Of a stretch of 64,000 nucleotides of DNA, positions 20,184-30,591 are shown one piece after another. Location: NCBI RefSeq assembly GCF_039541115.1, contig NZ_BAABFP010000002.1, positions 806,001 through 870,000 on the forward strand. The letters are read 5' to 3'. The notes under the pieces are model-generated. The model searched no databases. It was given only the letters and a program-made list of their open reading frames with translations, and was not told the DNA's origin. Each line of letters starts with the position of its first letter. Positions within the stretch are counted from its first letter, which is position 1. The DNA is from Angustibacter luteus. Its GTDB lineage: Bacteria; Actinomycetota; Actinomycetes; Actinomycetales; Angustibacteraceae. The position numbers and the translations under genes are program-made.

Positions 20184-21353
20184 TTACTTCGCGGCCGCGA
20201 GCTCGGCCGCCTTGCGGGCGGCGCCGTCCATGGTGTCCTCGAGCGTGACGAGCGGGTGGTTCGCCTCGGCGAGGATGCGTCGTCCCTCGATCACGTTGTT
20301 GCCGTCGAGCCGGACGACGAGGGGCTTGGTCGCCTCGTCGCCGAGGATCTGCAGGGCCTGCACGATGCCGTCGGCCACCGCGTCGCACGACGTGATCCCG
20401 CCGAAGACGTTCACGAAGACGCTCTTGACCTGCGGGTCGTTCAAGATGATGTGCAGCCCGTTGGCCATCACCTCGGCCGACGCGCCGCCGCCGATGTCCA
20501 GGAAGTTGGCCGGCTTGACGCCGCCGAAGTCCTCACCGGCGTAGGCGACGACGTCCAGGGTGCTCATCACGAGCCCGGCGCCGTTGCCGATGATGCCGAC
20601 CTCGCCGTCCAGCTTGACGTAGTTGAGGCCCTTCGCCTTGGCCTGCGCCTCGAGCGGGTCGGCGGCGGCCGTGTCTTCGAGCGCCTCGTGCGCCGGGTGC
20701 CGGAAGCCGGCGTTCTCGTCGAGGGAGACCTTGCCGTCCAGGGCGATGATCGCCCCGTCCTCGGTCTTGACCAGCGGGTTGACCTCGACCAGCGTCGCGT
20801 CCTCCTCGCGGTAGACGACCCACAGCTTCTGGATGACGTCGGCGATGGCGTCCTTGACGTCGTCGTCGAAACCGGCCGCGTCCACGATCTCGCGGGCCTT
20901 GGCCTCGTCGATGCCGTCGATCGGGTCGACCGCGATGCGGGCCAGCGCCTCCGGGCGCTCCACGGCCAGCTGCTCGATCTCCATGCCGCCCTCCTTGCTC
21001 GCCATCGCGAGCAGGGAGCGGTTGGCCCGGTCCAGCAGCACCGAGAAGTAGTACTCCTCGGCGATCTTGGCGCCCTGGGCGACCATCACGCGGTGGACGG
21101 TGTGGCCCTTGATGTCCATGCCGAGGATCTCGCCGGCCTTCTCGGCCGCCTCGTCCGGGGAGTGGGCGAGCTTGACGCCGCCGGCCTTGCCGCGCCCGCC
21201 GGCCTTCACCTGGGCCTTGACGACGACGGTGCCGCCGCCGATGCGCTCCGCGCCCGCGCGGGCTTCCTCGGGGGTGTCGGCAACCGCCGCATCGAGCACG
21301 GGAACCCCGTGCTCGGCGAACATGTCGCGCGCCTGGTACTCGAACAGGTCCAC
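20184..21353 (-). CDS. sucC: Succinyl-CoA synthetase beta subunit
   Basis: [40 protein letters not shown]. Confidence 0.97.
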   Translation of the reverse strand: MDLFEYQARDMFAEHGVPVLDAAVADTPEEARAGAERIGGGTVVVKAQVKAGGRGKAGGVKLAHSPDEAAEKAGEILGMDIKGHTVHRVMVAQGAKIAEEYYFSVLLDRANRSLLAMASKEGGMEIEQLAVERPEALARIAVDPIDGIDEAKAREIVDAAGFDDDVKDAIADVIQKLWVVYREEDATLVEVNPLVKTEDGAIIALDGKVSLDENAGFRHPAHEALEDTAAADPLEAQAKAKGLNYVKLDGEVGIIGNGAGLVMSTLDVVAYAGEDFGGVKPANFLDIGGGASAEVMANGLHIILNDPQVKSVFVNVFGGITSCDAVADGIVQALQILGDEATKPLVVRLDGNNVIEGRRILAEANHPLVTLEDTMDGAARKAAELAAAK

Positions 21354-21529
21354 GGGTTTCTCGCCTTCCGGTGACGTCGTCGTCGGGTTCATGAGGCCGC
21401 GGACGCACCCCGGGGGGCGGCCGGCAGGGCCGCTGGCGAGCCTAGCCCTGTGCGTGGACGTCGCACGACGCCGGTGCGCCAAGTGCGACGAACCGCACAC
21501 GGCGGGCGCCCGGCGGGCGGCCCGGGCGG

Positions 21530-21934
21530 TCAGTCGGAGGAAACGTTCTCCCGCACCCAGGTGACGATGGACTCCATGGTGGCGCCGGGCGTGAACACCT
21601 TCGCGACGCCGAGCTTCTGCAGCTCGGGGATGTCGCCCTCGGGGATGATCCCGCCGCCGAAGACGACGATGTCCTCCGCGTCGCGCTCCTTGAGCAGGGC
21701 GACGACCTTGGCGAAGAGCGTCATGTGCGCACCGGACAGCACGGACAGGCCGACGACGTCCGCGTCCTCGGCGATGGCCGCCTCGACGATCTGCTCGGGC
21801 GTCTGGTGCAGGCCGGTGTAGACGACCTCCATGCCCGCGTCACGCAGCGCCCGCGCCACGACCTTCGCCCCCCGGTCGTGGCCGTCCAGCCCCGGCTTGG
21901 CGACGACGACGCGGATCGGTGCGCTGCTGCTCAT
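21530..21934 (-). CDS. Cobalamin-binding subunit of an acyl-CoA mutase
   Basis: [26 protein letters not shown]. Confidence 0.93.
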   Translation of the reverse strand: MSSSAPIRVVVAKPGLDGHDRGAKVVARALRDAGMEVVYTGLHQTPEQIVEAAIAEDADVVGLSVLSGAHMTLFAKVVALLKERDAEDIVVFGGGIIPEGDIPELQKLGVAKVFTPGATMESIVTWVRENVSSD

Positions 21935-22068
21935 TGCGGCGGGACCTCCTGGTCACGGGGCGGGCCGGCACCGTCGCCGGACTGCGCCGAAACTCTAGCG
22001 GCCCTTCGTGGGCGGCTTTCGCCGCGTCGTCCTGCGTCCGCCCCTACCTGCGGGTAACGTCCCGGCTC

Positions 22069-23058
22069 GTGAGGACCTCGGGGCGTCGGGCGATCAGCCG
22101 GGCCCGCAGCACGTCGAAGGCGGTCTCGCGCGGGGCGCGCACGCTGCTGTCGCCGTCCGGGATGCGCGGCGCCGTCGTGGAGGGCGCCTGGCTGGCCACC
22201 CACCTCGCGCTGTACCCGCTCGGCGTGCTCGCGCCGTCCGAGCGGGCGGGCGACGTCCCCCGCCAGTACGGCGTCGGGCACCTGCCGCCGGTGCAGCGCG
22301 GCCTGCTGATCGGGGACGTCGAGGCCGCCGGGACGCCGATCCTGCTGGTGCACGGGATGGTGGACAACCGCTCGATCTTCACGCTGCTGCGCCGCGGCCT
22401 GCTGCGACGGGGCTTCGGCCGGGTGCACTCCATCAACTACTCACCGCTGACCACCGACATCCGGGTCGCGGCGGAGCGCCTCGCGGCCGAGGTCGAGGCG
22501 ATCGCCGCGGACACCGGCTACGAGCGGCTGCACGTCGTGGGCCACAGCCTCGGCGGGCTGATCGCCCGCTACTACGTGCAGCGCCTCGGCGGCGACGAGC
22601 GGGTGCACACGCTGGTCACCTTGGGCACCCCGCACGGCGGCACCCTGCCCGCGTACCTGCTGCCCGCCCGGCTGGGCCGACAGCTGCGACCCGGCAGCGA
22701 CCTGCTCGCCGAGCTCGACGACCCGAGCGCCGGCTGCCGCACCCGGTTCGTCGCGTACTGGTCCGACCTGGACCAGATGATCGTGCCGCAGCGCAACGCC
22801 CGGATGCTGCACCCCGACCTCACCGTGCGCAACGAGCTGGTCTCCCGGGTGGGGCACATGTCGCTGCCGATCGACCCGCGGGTGGTGCACGGGATCTGCT
22901 CCGAGCTCGCCCAGCTGGACGTCGACGGGTCGACGCTGCGGCCCGGGGTCTCACCGCTCGCGCCGCGGCGCGAGGCGCGTGCGCAGTCGCCGCGCGGGCG
23001 TCGGCGGGCGGGCGAGCCTGGCGGGAACGTCACACAGCGTAGTCAATCATCAACTTGA
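22069..23058 (+). CDS. Alpha/beta hydrolase (lipase-like)
   Basis: LLVHG, GHSLGG, LGTPHGG, GHMSL; start uncertain. Confidence 0.88.
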   Translation: MRTSGRRAISRARSTSKAVSRGARTLLSPSGMRGAVVEGAWLATHLALYPLGVLAPSERAGDVPRQYGVGHLPPVQRGLLIGDVEAAGTPILLVHGMVDNRSIFTLLRRGLLRRGFGRVHSINYSPLTTDIRVAAERLAAEVEAIAADTGYERLHVVGHSLGGLIARYYVQRLGGDERVHTLVTLGTPHGGTLPAYLLPARLGRQLRPGSDLLAELDDPSAGCRTRFVAYWSDLDQMIVPQRNARMLHPDLTVRNELVSRVGHMSLPIDPRVVHGICSELAQLDVDGSTLRPGVSPLAPRREARAQSPRGRRRAGEPGGNVTQRSQSST

Positions 23059-23124
23059 TCACTGGCCGTCACCACCGTATGGTCGGAGAGCCCCTTGCTC
23101 CACGCCCCATCGTGAGGTCCCGTT

Positions 23125-23898
23125 TTGCCCAAACGCACCAAGTACGCCGGTCGCCACCGTGGTCGCCACCGCGCCGAGGTCCGTCCCCGCTCCTCTGCCC
23201 TGCCTGGGGCAGCGGCGGCGGCGCTGACGCTGACCGCCACCGGTGCGGCTGTGATCCCGGGACTGGCGGGTACGGCGGCGAATGCGAGCGGTGACGACAC
23301 GGGTGCACTGAAGAACACGAACGGCTCTGGTTCGGCGTCGGGCGGCGTCACCGGCAGCGCACAGGTCGCCGGTCTGCGGGAGCGCGAGGCGCAGTCCGTG
23401 ATGCTCACCCAGGCCCGCGAGGCGCGGGCCGAGGCGGCGGCTCGGGCCAGCCGCGCCGAGAAGCGCCAGAAGCTCGAGGACAAGCAGCGCAAGGCCCGCG
23501 CGATGGCGCACCGCTGGGTCATGCCGCTCAGCAACTTCCGCTTCACCTCCGACTTCGGGGCCCGCTGGGGCAAGCTCCACGCCGGGGACGACCTGGCCGC
23601 GCCGATCGGCAGCCGCATCGGCGCGCTGTCCTCCGGCACCGTCGTGTTCGCCGGCCAGCAGAGCGGCTACGGCAACAAGGTCGAGATCCGGCACTGGGAC
23701 GGCACCGTCAGCTGGTACGGCCACATGTCGCAGATCGAGGTCAAGGTCGGCGAGAAGGTCACGCCCGGCCAGAAGGTCGGCGAGGTCGGCAACACCGGCC
23801 ACTCCACCGGACCGCACCTGCATCTCGAGATCCACCCGGACGGCGCCGGCCCGGTCGACCCGCAGCCGTGGCTGGCCAAGCGCGGTCTGAAGATCTGA
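23125..23898 (+). CDS. M23 metallopeptidase
   Basis: HAGDDLA, YGHM, GNTGHSTGPHLHLE; N-terminal GRHR motifs and hydrophobic segment. Confidence 0.93.
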   Translation: MPKRTKYAGRHRGRHRAEVRPRSSALPGAAAAALTLTATGAAVIPGLAGTAANASGDDTGALKNTNGSGSASGGVTGSAQVAGLREREAQSVMLTQAREARAEAAARASRAEKRQKLEDKQRKARAMAHRWVMPLSNFRFTSDFGARWGKLHAGDDLAAPIGSRIGALSSGTVVFAGQQSGYGNKVEIRHWDGTVSWYGHMSQIEVKVGEKVTPGQKVGEVGNTGHSTGPHLHLEIHPDGAGPVDPQPWLAKRGLKI

Positions 23899-23909
23899 CC
23901 CGCCCGGCG

Positions 23910-24302
23910 ATGGCCTCCGGCGCGCTGCCCGTCTTCGGGCCAGGGGACGACGTCCTGCTCGTCGACGACGCCCCGGTCGCTCCCCTCTCGGTGGCCCGTA
24001 GCTCCGGGGCTCGCCGCAAGGGTCTGCTGAAGACGTCCGCCGTCGACGGCGCCCTGTGGATCACCCGGTGCCCGAGCGTGCACATGGTCGGCATGAAGTA
24101 CCCGATCGACGTCGCGGTGCTGGACGGGGACGGTGTGGTGCTACACGTCGCGACCCTGCGCCCGACCTGGGGCATGACGCGCTGGCGTCTGCGCGCGCGG
24201 TCGACCGTCGAGACCGGCGTCGGTCAGCTGGAGCGCTGGGGTGTGCGGGTCGGCTCCCGGCTGGCGATCGGCTCGGAGTCGACCAACCCCGACGCCGGCT
24301 GA
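23910..24302 (+). CDS. DUF192-family protein
   Basis: RRKGLL, SVHMVGMKYPIDVAVLD. Confidence 0.8.
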   Translation: MASGALPVFGPGDDVLLVDDAPVAPLSVARSSGARRKGLLKTSAVDGALWITRCPSVHMVGMKYPIDVAVLDGDGVVLHVATLRPTWGMTRWRLRARSTVETGVGQLERWGVRVGSRLAIGSESTNPDAG

Positions 24303-24312
24303 GCGCCGGCCC

Positions 24313-24870
24313 TCAGGGGTGCCAGCCGGCCGGCGGGTCCTCACCGGTGAGACCGTCCACGGCCTCGCGCAGCAGGTCCGCATGCCCGGTGTGCCGGCCG
24401 TACTCCTCCACGAGGTCGAAGACGAGGCGGCGCAGGTTGGCGTGCTCTCCGGAGTCGCTACTGGCGTGGATGGGCTGGTCGAGCCCGCCGTCCGCGAGCG
24501 CCGCGGCGAGCCGCGCGTGCGAGCGCTCGACGGCGCCGTCCCAGAGGGCGTAGAGGTCGGCGGGGCTGTCGTCAGCGGCGCTGGCGAACTCCCAGTCGTT
24601 GCCCCCGTCCCAGCCGGTCGACTCCCACGGCTCGCCGATCGGCTCACCGCGCAGCTTGTGGGTGAAGGAGTAGTCCTCGACGGCGGCGAGGTGCTTGAGC
24701 AGCCCACCGAGGGTCAGCGTCGAGGCTCCGACGCGGTGTTGGAGCCCGGCCGAGTCGAGGCCGCCGGCCTTCCAGCGGAAGGTGGTGCGCAGCCGGTCGA
24801 CGGCGCCGGTGAGGTGCTGGACCTCGTTGCCCGCGAGCGGGGGTTCCCAGGGGTAGTCGTTGTCGCTCAT
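24313..24870 (-). CDS. DinB/DUF664 family protein
   Basis: LTLGGLLKHLA.VE, EEYGRHTGHADLLRE.VDG. Confidence 0.88.
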   Translation of the reverse strand: MSDNDYPWEPPLAGNEVQHLTGAVDRLRTTFRWKAGGLDSAGLQHRVGASTLTLGGLLKHLAAVEDYSFTHKLRGEPIGEPWESTGWDGGNDWEFASAADDSPADLYALWDGAVERSHARLAAALADGGLDQPIHASSDSGEHANLRRLVFDLVEEYGRHTGHADLLREAVDGLTGEDPPAGWHP

Positions 24871-24949
24871 GGCGTGAGGCTAGAACGGGTTCCGGACGTT
24901 CTGACTCCGGTAGCGGCGCTCCCACCGGAATCCAGGCCGGAATCGCAAG

Positions 24950-24994
24950 CGGTCAGGAATCGAGAAGCATCCCCGCGGGTGCCGCGCCTAGCGT
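24950..24994 (+). promoter_or_regulatory. Conserved operator/promoter, copy 1 (CGGTCAGGAATCGAGAAGC-N18-CCTAGC)
   Basis: Identical 19-mer and spacing at 47979. Confidence 0.7.
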
Positions 24995-25001
24995 GAACGG
25001 C

Positions 25002-25649
25002 ATGGATACCACCGAGTCACGAACTGAAGGACACGCCCTGACGTCGATCACGTCCGTCGTCCTCGACGTCGCCGATCCCGTTGCCGCCCAGGCGTTCTAC
25101 GCCGCACTCGGCGTCGACCACCTGCTGAGCCTGCGCGAGTCGCAGGCGCCGACGAGCGGCTTCCGCGGGTTCACGCTGTCGGTCGTGGTGGCGCAGCCGG
25201 CGGACGTCGATGCGATCGTCGGCGCCGCGCTGACCGCGGGCGCGACGTCGCTGAAGCCGGCGGCGAAGAGCTTCTGGGGGTACGGCGGCGTCGTCCAGGC
25301 ACCGGACGGGACGATCTGGAAGGTCGCGTCGTCGTCCAAGAAGAACACCGGACCGGCCAACCGGGAGATCGACCAGATCGTGCTCCTCCTCGGGGTCAGC
25401 GACGTCCGTGCGACCAAGCGCTTCTACGTCGAGCGCGGCCTGACGGTGGGCAAGAGCTTCGGCGCCAAGTACGTCGAGTTCGACACCCCGTCGTCGACGG
25501 TGAAGCTCGCGCTCTACGGGCGCAGGGCCCTCGCGAAGGACGCCGGCGTGCCCGAGGACGGGACCGGGTCGCACCGGATCGTCGTCGTCGGTGGCACCGA
25601 GCCCTTCACCGACCCGGACGGGTTCGCCTGGGAGGCTGCGTCCGCCTGA
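25002..25649 (+). CDS. Two-domain VOC/glyoxalase protein
   Basis: LDVADP..AQAFY, FWGYGGVVQAPDGTIWK, FTDPDGFAWE; ATG 7 nt after TAGCGT. Confidence 0.88.
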   Translation: MDTTESRTEGHALTSITSVVLDVADPVAAQAFYAALGVDHLLSLRESQAPTSGFRGFTLSVVVAQPADVDAIVGAALTAGATSLKPAAKSFWGYGGVVQAPDGTIWKVASSSKKNTGPANREIDQIVLLLGVSDVRATKRFYVERGLTVGKSFGAKYVEFDTPSSTVKLALYGRRALAKDAGVPEDGTGSHRIVVVGGTEPFTDPDGFAWEAASA

Positions 25650-25713
25650 GCCGGGCGATGGTTGGCTTTGGCCCGGTGCGGGGCCATGCTGGGGACTCCA
25701 GCGAAGGAGTCCC

Positions 25714-26055
25714 ATGGCCAAGAAGAAGCCGAAGTCAGCCGCCGACAAGCAGCACGAGGCGACCATCAAGCAGCTCCGCACCGACCTGAAGAGCGCAGAG
25801 GCCAAGCGAGACAGCTGGAAGCAGCGCGCCACGAAGGCCGAGGCGTCAGCCGCCGAGCTCCGGTCCCAGCTCAAGGTGACGAAGAAGTCGCTCAAGAAGT
25901 CGCGCAAGCCCAGCGCCGCGGAGGTGCCAGCCGTCGCGGCGGCCGGTCCGGACGCCGAGTGGACGGTCGTCCAGCTGCGGGCCGAGGCACGCCGTCGCGG
26001 CCTCACCGGCCTGTCGAACAAGCCCAAGGCCGAGCTGTTGGCTGCCCTGGCCTGA
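25714..26055 (+). CDS. Basic coiled-coil protein with a C-terminal Rho-N/SAP-like motif
   Basis: RBS AAGGAG; WTVVQLRAEARRRGLTGLSNKPKAELLAAL. Confidence 0.75.
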   Translation: MAKKKPKSAADKQHEATIKQLRTDLKSAEAKRDSWKQRATKAEASAAELRSQLKVTKKSLKKSRKPSAAEVPAVAAAGPDAEWTVVQLRAEARRRGLTGLSNKPKAELLAALA

Positions 26056-26150
26056 AAAGCGTCCAGGATAGGTGTCGGATCTGACCCGAGGCATTCGTTG
26101 CGAGGGTAGACAGTGGGCGGACCGGCCCACGACACCCTAAGGAGACAGAG

Positions 26151-26510
26151 ATGACGCAGTACCTGATGTCGGTCTACGGGCCGGCCGAGCGCACCGACTT
26201 CGGCAGCTACCCGTCCGAGGAGGCCATGAACCAGGCGATGGCCGACACCGGCGCCTTCAACGAGCGCCTCCAGGAGCAGGGCTACTGGGTCTACGCCAAC
26301 GGCCTGGAGGCGGCCACGACCGCGACCGTCGTCGACGGGCAGAACGGGGAGCCCGTGTTCACCGACGGGCCCTACCTGGAGTCGAAGGAGTACCTCGGCG
26401 GCTTCTGGATCATCGAGGCACCCGACCTCGACGTGGCGCTGAAGCTGGCCGCCGAGGGGTCGAAGGCCTGCCGCGGCAAGGTCGAGGTACGCCCCTTCGC
26501 GAGCATGTGA
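26151..26510 (+). CDS. YciI (DGPF) family protein
   Basis: TDGPYLESKEYLGGFWII, VEVRP. Confidence 0.92.
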   Translation: MTQYLMSVYGPAERTDFGSYPSEEAMNQAMADTGAFNERLQEQGYWVYANGLEAATTATVVDGQNGEPVFTDGPYLESKEYLGGFWIIEAPDLDVALKLAAEGSKACRGKVEVRPFASM

Positions 26511-27745
26511 CGGACGTCGCCGAGGCGATCACCCGGGTCCACCGCGAGGAGTGGGCTCGCGTGGTCGCCTCCCTGACCAGGCGCTTCGGCGACCTGGACC
26601 TCGCCGAGGAGATGGCCGCCGAGGCGTTCGCGGTCGCCGTCGAGCGCTGGCCGACGGACGGCGTCCCGCCGAATCCGGGCGGCTGGATCACCACCACGGC
26701 GAACCGTCGCGCGATCGACCGGCTGCGCCGGGAGTCGCGACGCGACGACAAGCAGAAGGAGGCTCAGGTGCTGTACGAAGGCGACGGACCTGAGCGGCTC
26801 GGCGCGATCGACGACGACCGGCTCCGGCTGATCTTCACCTGCTGTCACCCGTCGCTGGCGATGGACGCCCGGATCGCGTTGACGCTGCGGATGGTCGGGG
26901 GTTTGACGACGCCCGAGATTGGTCGCGCCTTTCTGGTCCAGGAGGCCACCATCGGGCAGCGGATCACCCGGGCGAAGGGCAAGATCAAAGCGGCCAGGAT
27001 CCCCTATCGGGTGCCGTCAACCGAGGACCTCCCGGCCCGCGTCGCCGGCGTCCTGACGGTGCTCTTCCTGGTCTTCAACGAGGGGTACCTCAGCTCGGAC
27101 CCCGAGCGCGAGCCCGTCCGAGGCGACCTCACCCTGGAGGCGATCCGGCTGACCCGGCTGGTGCACGCCCTGCTGCCCGCCGATGGTGAGGTGGCCGGTT
27201 TGCTGGCGCTGATGCTCCTCACGGAGGCCCGGCGGTCGACGCGTGTCTCGGCCTCGGGTGAGCTGGTCACGCTCGACGAGCAGGACCGTGGTGCCTGGGA
27301 TGCCGCCCTGATCGCGGAGGGCCACGCGCTCGTCTGGGAGCAGATCTCGGCTGTCGCAGCGGGCCGGGGACGCCCAGGGCGCTACCAGATCCTGGCTGCC
27401 GTCAACGCCGTGCACACCTCAGCCCGGGACGTGCGCGACACCGACTGGTCCCAGATCGTCGCCCTCTACGACCAGCTCGCCCGTATCGACCCCTCCCCCA
27501 TCGTCGCGCTCAACCGGGCCGTGGCCCTCGCCGAGCTCGACGGGCCCGAGGTGGCGCTGGCGCTGGTCGACCGGCTCGACCTGGACGGCTACCACGCCTA
27601 CCACGTCACGCGGGCAGACCTGCTGCGCCGGATCGGGCGCTCGGCGGAGGCCCGCGCCGCGTACGAGCGGGCCATCGACCTCGCCACGAACACCGCCGAG
27701 GTCGCCTACATCACCCGTCGGCGCGACCAGCTCGGCATCGCCTGA
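26507..27745 (+). CDS. ECF sigma factor with C-terminal TPR extension (ECF42-like)
   Basis: DDRLRLIFTCCHP, FNEGY, TDWSQIVALYD, LNRAVA; coupled to the YciI gene. Confidence 0.92.
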   Translation: MTDVAEAITRVHREEWARVVASLTRRFGDLDLAEEMAAEAFAVAVERWPTDGVPPNPGGWITTTANRRAIDRLRRESRRDDKQKEAQVLYEGDGPERLGAIDDDRLRLIFTCCHPSLAMDARIALTLRMVGGLTTPEIGRAFLVQEATIGQRITRAKGKIKAARIPYRVPSTEDLPARVAGVLTVLFLVFNEGYLSSDPEREPVRGDLTLEAIRLTRLVHALLPADGEVAGLLALMLLTEARRSTRVSASGELVTLDEQDRGAWDAALIAEGHALVWEQISAVAAGRGRPGRYQILAAVNAVHTSARDVRDTDWSQIVALYDQLARIDPSPIVALNRAVALAELDGPEVALALVDRLDLDGYHAYHVTRADLLRRIGRSAEARAAYERAIDLATNTAEVAYITRRRDQLGIA

Positions 27746-27750
27746 GCCGG

Positions 27751-28173
27751 TCAGAGCTCCTTGCGCAGGTGGACGTCGTCCCGCCCGGGAGTCGGGACGG
27801 CCTCCCAGCGGAAGATCTCCACGTAGCCCAGCCGCTCGTAGAAGGCGGGGGCCTGGAACGTGAACGACGTGACGAAGACGTGCGTGCAGCCGCGGTCCTG
27901 GGCGGCGGCCTCGAAGGCCGCGATCAGCGCCGCGCCGACGCCGTCGCCTCGCCGGTCGTCCCGCACCCAGGTCAGGCCGATGCCGGCGGCCCGACCCCAC
28001 GTCCACCCGGAGGCACCGGCGACCAGGTCGCCGTCCTCGTCCATGCGGACCGTGAGCTCCTGGGCCGGGGCGACCTCAGGCGTGGCCGCGGTGTTGAACG
28101 CCTCCAGCTCGTCCCGGAGGCGCTGGTCCAGGGCGGCGTCGCCCTGACCGATGGTCGTCTCTGCGTCAGGCAT
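27751..28173 (-). CDS. GNAT acetyltransferase
   Basis: WVRDDRRGDGVGAAL, FQAPAFYERLGY. Confidence 0.9.
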   Translation of the reverse strand: MPDAETTIGQGDAALDQRLRDELEAFNTAATPEVAPAQELTVRMDEDGDLVAGASGWTWGRAAGIGLTWVRDDRRGDGVGAALIAAFEAAAQDRGCTHVFVTSFTFQAPAFYERLGYVEIFRWEAVPTPGRDDVHLRKEL

Positions 28174-28198
28174 GGCGTGGATGCTGCCACGCCGGCGG

Positions 28199-30544
28199 TC
28201 AGAGCTTGGTGACCGGCGCGTAGCGCAGGAGCAGACGCTTCACGCCGTCCTCGCCGAAGTCGACGTGCGCGAGGCTCTTGTCGCCCGAGCCCTCCATCTG
28301 CACGACCGTGCCGAGGCCGAAGGTGTCGTGGGTGACCCGGTCCCCCGGCTCCAGGTGGATGATCGGGCGGTTGCCGGGTGACCGGACGCCGGGTTGCTGG
28401 GACAGCCGGGCCACCGCGGGCGTCGAGCTGCCGCGCACCCCGGTCGGGTCGGTGCGGCGCCAGTCGACCAGCTCGGCGGGTAGCTCGTCGAGGAAGCGCG
28501 ACGCGGGGTTGTACGACGGCGCACCCCAGGCGCTGCGGACGCTGGCCCGCGACAGGTACAGCCGCTCCATCGCGCGGGTGATGCCGACGTAGGCCAGCCG
28601 TCGCTCCTCGGCCAGCTCGGTGGCGTCGCCGAGCGCGCGCAGGTGCGGGAAGACGCCGTCCTCCATGCCGGTGAGGAAGACCACCGGGAACTCCAGGCCC
28701 TTCGCGGTGTGCAACGTCATCAGGGTGACGACGCCGAGCTCCTCGGCCTCGGCGTCCGGGATGTCGTCCGTGTCGGCGACCAGGGAGACCCGCTCCAGGA
28801 ACTCGGTGAGCGTCCCCTCGGGTGACGTCTCCTCGAACTCGCGGGCCACCTGCACCAGCTCGGCGAGGTTCTCCAGCCGGGTCTCGTCCTGCGGATCGTG
28901 GCTGGCCTGCAGCTCAGCGACGTAGCCGGTCTGCTCGAGGATCGCCTCCAGCACCGTCGCCGGGCCGGCGCCGCCGTCCACGATGGTGCGCAGCGCCTCC
29001 ATCAGCGCGGTGAAGGCGCGGATGCAGGACAGCGACCGGCTGGCGATGCCCGGTGCCTCGTCGGCCCGGGCCAGCGCCTCGGCGAACGAGATCCGCTCCC
29101 GCTCGGCGAGCACCGCGACCACGGCCTCGGCCCGGTCACCGATGCCGCGCTTGGGGACGTTCAGGATGCGTCGCAGGTTCACGGTGTCGGCGCCGTTGGC
29201 AAGTACCCGCAGGTAGGCCAGCGCGTCCTTGACCTCGCGCCGCTCGTAGAAGCGGGTGCCGCCGACCAGCTTGTACGGCAGCCCGACCCGGACGAGCACC
29301 TCCTCCACCGCGCGCGACTGAGCGTTCGTCCGGTAGAACACGGCGACGTCCCGCGGCTTGACGCCCTCGTTGTCCGTGAGCCGGTCGATCTCCTCCGCGA
29401 CGAACGCGGCCTCGTCCCACTCGTTGTCCGCGACATAGCCGACGATCTTCGGGCCGCCGTCGTGCGCCGTCCAGAGGTTCTTCGGGCGGCGCTCGGGGTT
29501 GCGCGAGATCACCGCGTTCGCGGCGGTCAGGATCGTCTGCGTGGAGCGGTAGTTCTGCTCGAGCATGATCGTCCTGGCGTCCGGGTAGTCGGACTCGAAC
29601 TCGACGATGTTGCGCATCGAGGCGCCGCGGAACGCGTAGATCGACTGGTCCTGGTCGCCGACGACGGTCAGCTCGGCCGGGGGCACCTCGACGACGTCCT
29701 CGCTGCCCTCGGGGCGGCGCTTGGCCTCGGCCGCCGAGCCGCCCACCAGCTCGCGGACCAGCACGTACTGCGCGTGGTTCGTGTCCTGGTACTCGTCCAC
29801 CAGCACGTGCCGGAAGCGGCGGCGGTAGTGCTCCGCGACGTCCGGGAAGGCCTGCAGGACGTTCACCGTCGTCATGATCAGGTCGTCGAAGTCCAGCGCG
29901 TTCGCCTGGCGCAGCCGCTGCTGGTACATCCGGTACGCCTCGGCGAGCATCCGCTCGGTCGGGTTCGACTCGTCGCCCGCGCGCTGGGCGAACGACTCCT
30001 CGTCGACCAGCTCGTTCTTCAGGTTCGACACCTGGGCGCTGAACGAGCGCGGCGGGTAGCGCTTGGGGTCCAGGTCGAGCTCGCGGCAGACCAGCGCCAT
30101 CAGCCGCTGGCTGTCCGCCGCGTCGTAGATCGAGAACGTCGACTTCAGGCCGACGTGCGAGGCCTCGCGGCGCAGGATCCGCACGCACGCGCTGTGGAAC
30201 GTCGAGACCCACATGGACGCCGCCCGCGGGCCGACCAGCGCGGCCACCCGCTCCTTCATCTCACCGGCGGCCTTGTTGGTGAAGGTGATCGCCAGCACCT
30301 GGCCCGGCCGGGCCCCGCGCTCGGCCAGCAGGTACGCGATCCGGTGGGTCAGCACGCGGGTCTTGCCCGAGCCCGCACCGGCCACGATCAGCAGCGGCGA
30401 GCCCTCGTGCAGGACGGCCTCGCGCTGGGGCGGGTTCAGCCCTTCGAGCAGGGCTTGGGCGGACGCCGGCGCGGTCCCCGAGGGGTCGTCGATGGAGTCG
30501 GTGCCGAAGCCCGGGACGGGGATGTCATCGAACAGGGTGCTCAT
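28199..30544 (-). CDS. pcrA: ATP-dependent DNA helicase PcrA/UvrD1
   Basis: AGAGSGKT, TFTNKAA, VDEYQDTN, NYRST, TLHTAKGLEF, EERRLAYVGITRA. Confidence 0.97.
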   Translation of the reverse strand: MSTLFDDIPVPGFGTDSIDDPSGTAPASAQALLEGLNPPQREAVLHEGSPLLIVAGAGSGKTRVLTHRIAYLLAERGARPGQVLAITFTNKAAGEMKERVAALVGPRAASMWVSTFHSACVRILRREASHVGLKSTFSIYDAADSQRLMALVCRELDLDPKRYPPRSFSAQVSNLKNELVDEESFAQRAGDESNPTERMLAEAYRMYQQRLRQANALDFDDLIMTTVNVLQAFPDVAEHYRRRFRHVLVDEYQDTNHAQYVLVRELVGGSAAEAKRRPEGSEDVVEVPPAELTVVGDQDQSIYAFRGASMRNIVEFESDYPDARTIMLEQNYRSTQTILTAANAVISRNPERRPKNLWTAHDGGPKIVGYVADNEWDEAAFVAEEIDRLTDNEGVKPRDVAVFYRTNAQSRAVEEVLVRVGLPYKLVGGTRFYERREVKDALAYLRVLANGADTVNLRRILNVPKRGIGDRAEAVVAVLAERERISFAEALARADEAPGIASRSLSCIRAFTALMEALRTIVDGGAGPATVLEAILEQTGYVAELQASHDPQDETRLENLAELVQVAREFEETSPEGTLTEFLERVSLVADTDDIPDAEAEELGVVTLMTLHTAKGLEFPVVFLTGMEDGVFPHLRALGDATELAEERRLAYVGITRAMERLYLSRASVRSAWGAPSYNPASRFLDELPAELVDWRRTDPTGVRGSSTPAVARLSQQPGVRSPGNRPIIHLEPGDRVTHDTFGLGTVVQMEGSGDKSLAHVDFGEDGVKRLLLRYAPVTKL

Positions 30545-30591
30545 CACGGACCAGCCTACGTCGGGCCACCGACGGCGACCGTAGGCTGACC

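Noticed and set aside
12327..20248. Very long alternative-frame ORFs (for example 12449-14374 +, 12327-14285 -, 17747-20248 +)
   Set aside because: Shadow ORFs typical of high-GC DNA; they overlap well-supported genes and have no motifs.
23040..23125. c-di-AMP riboswitch before the M23 peptidase
   Set aside because: The leader is too short and no consensus elements are visible.
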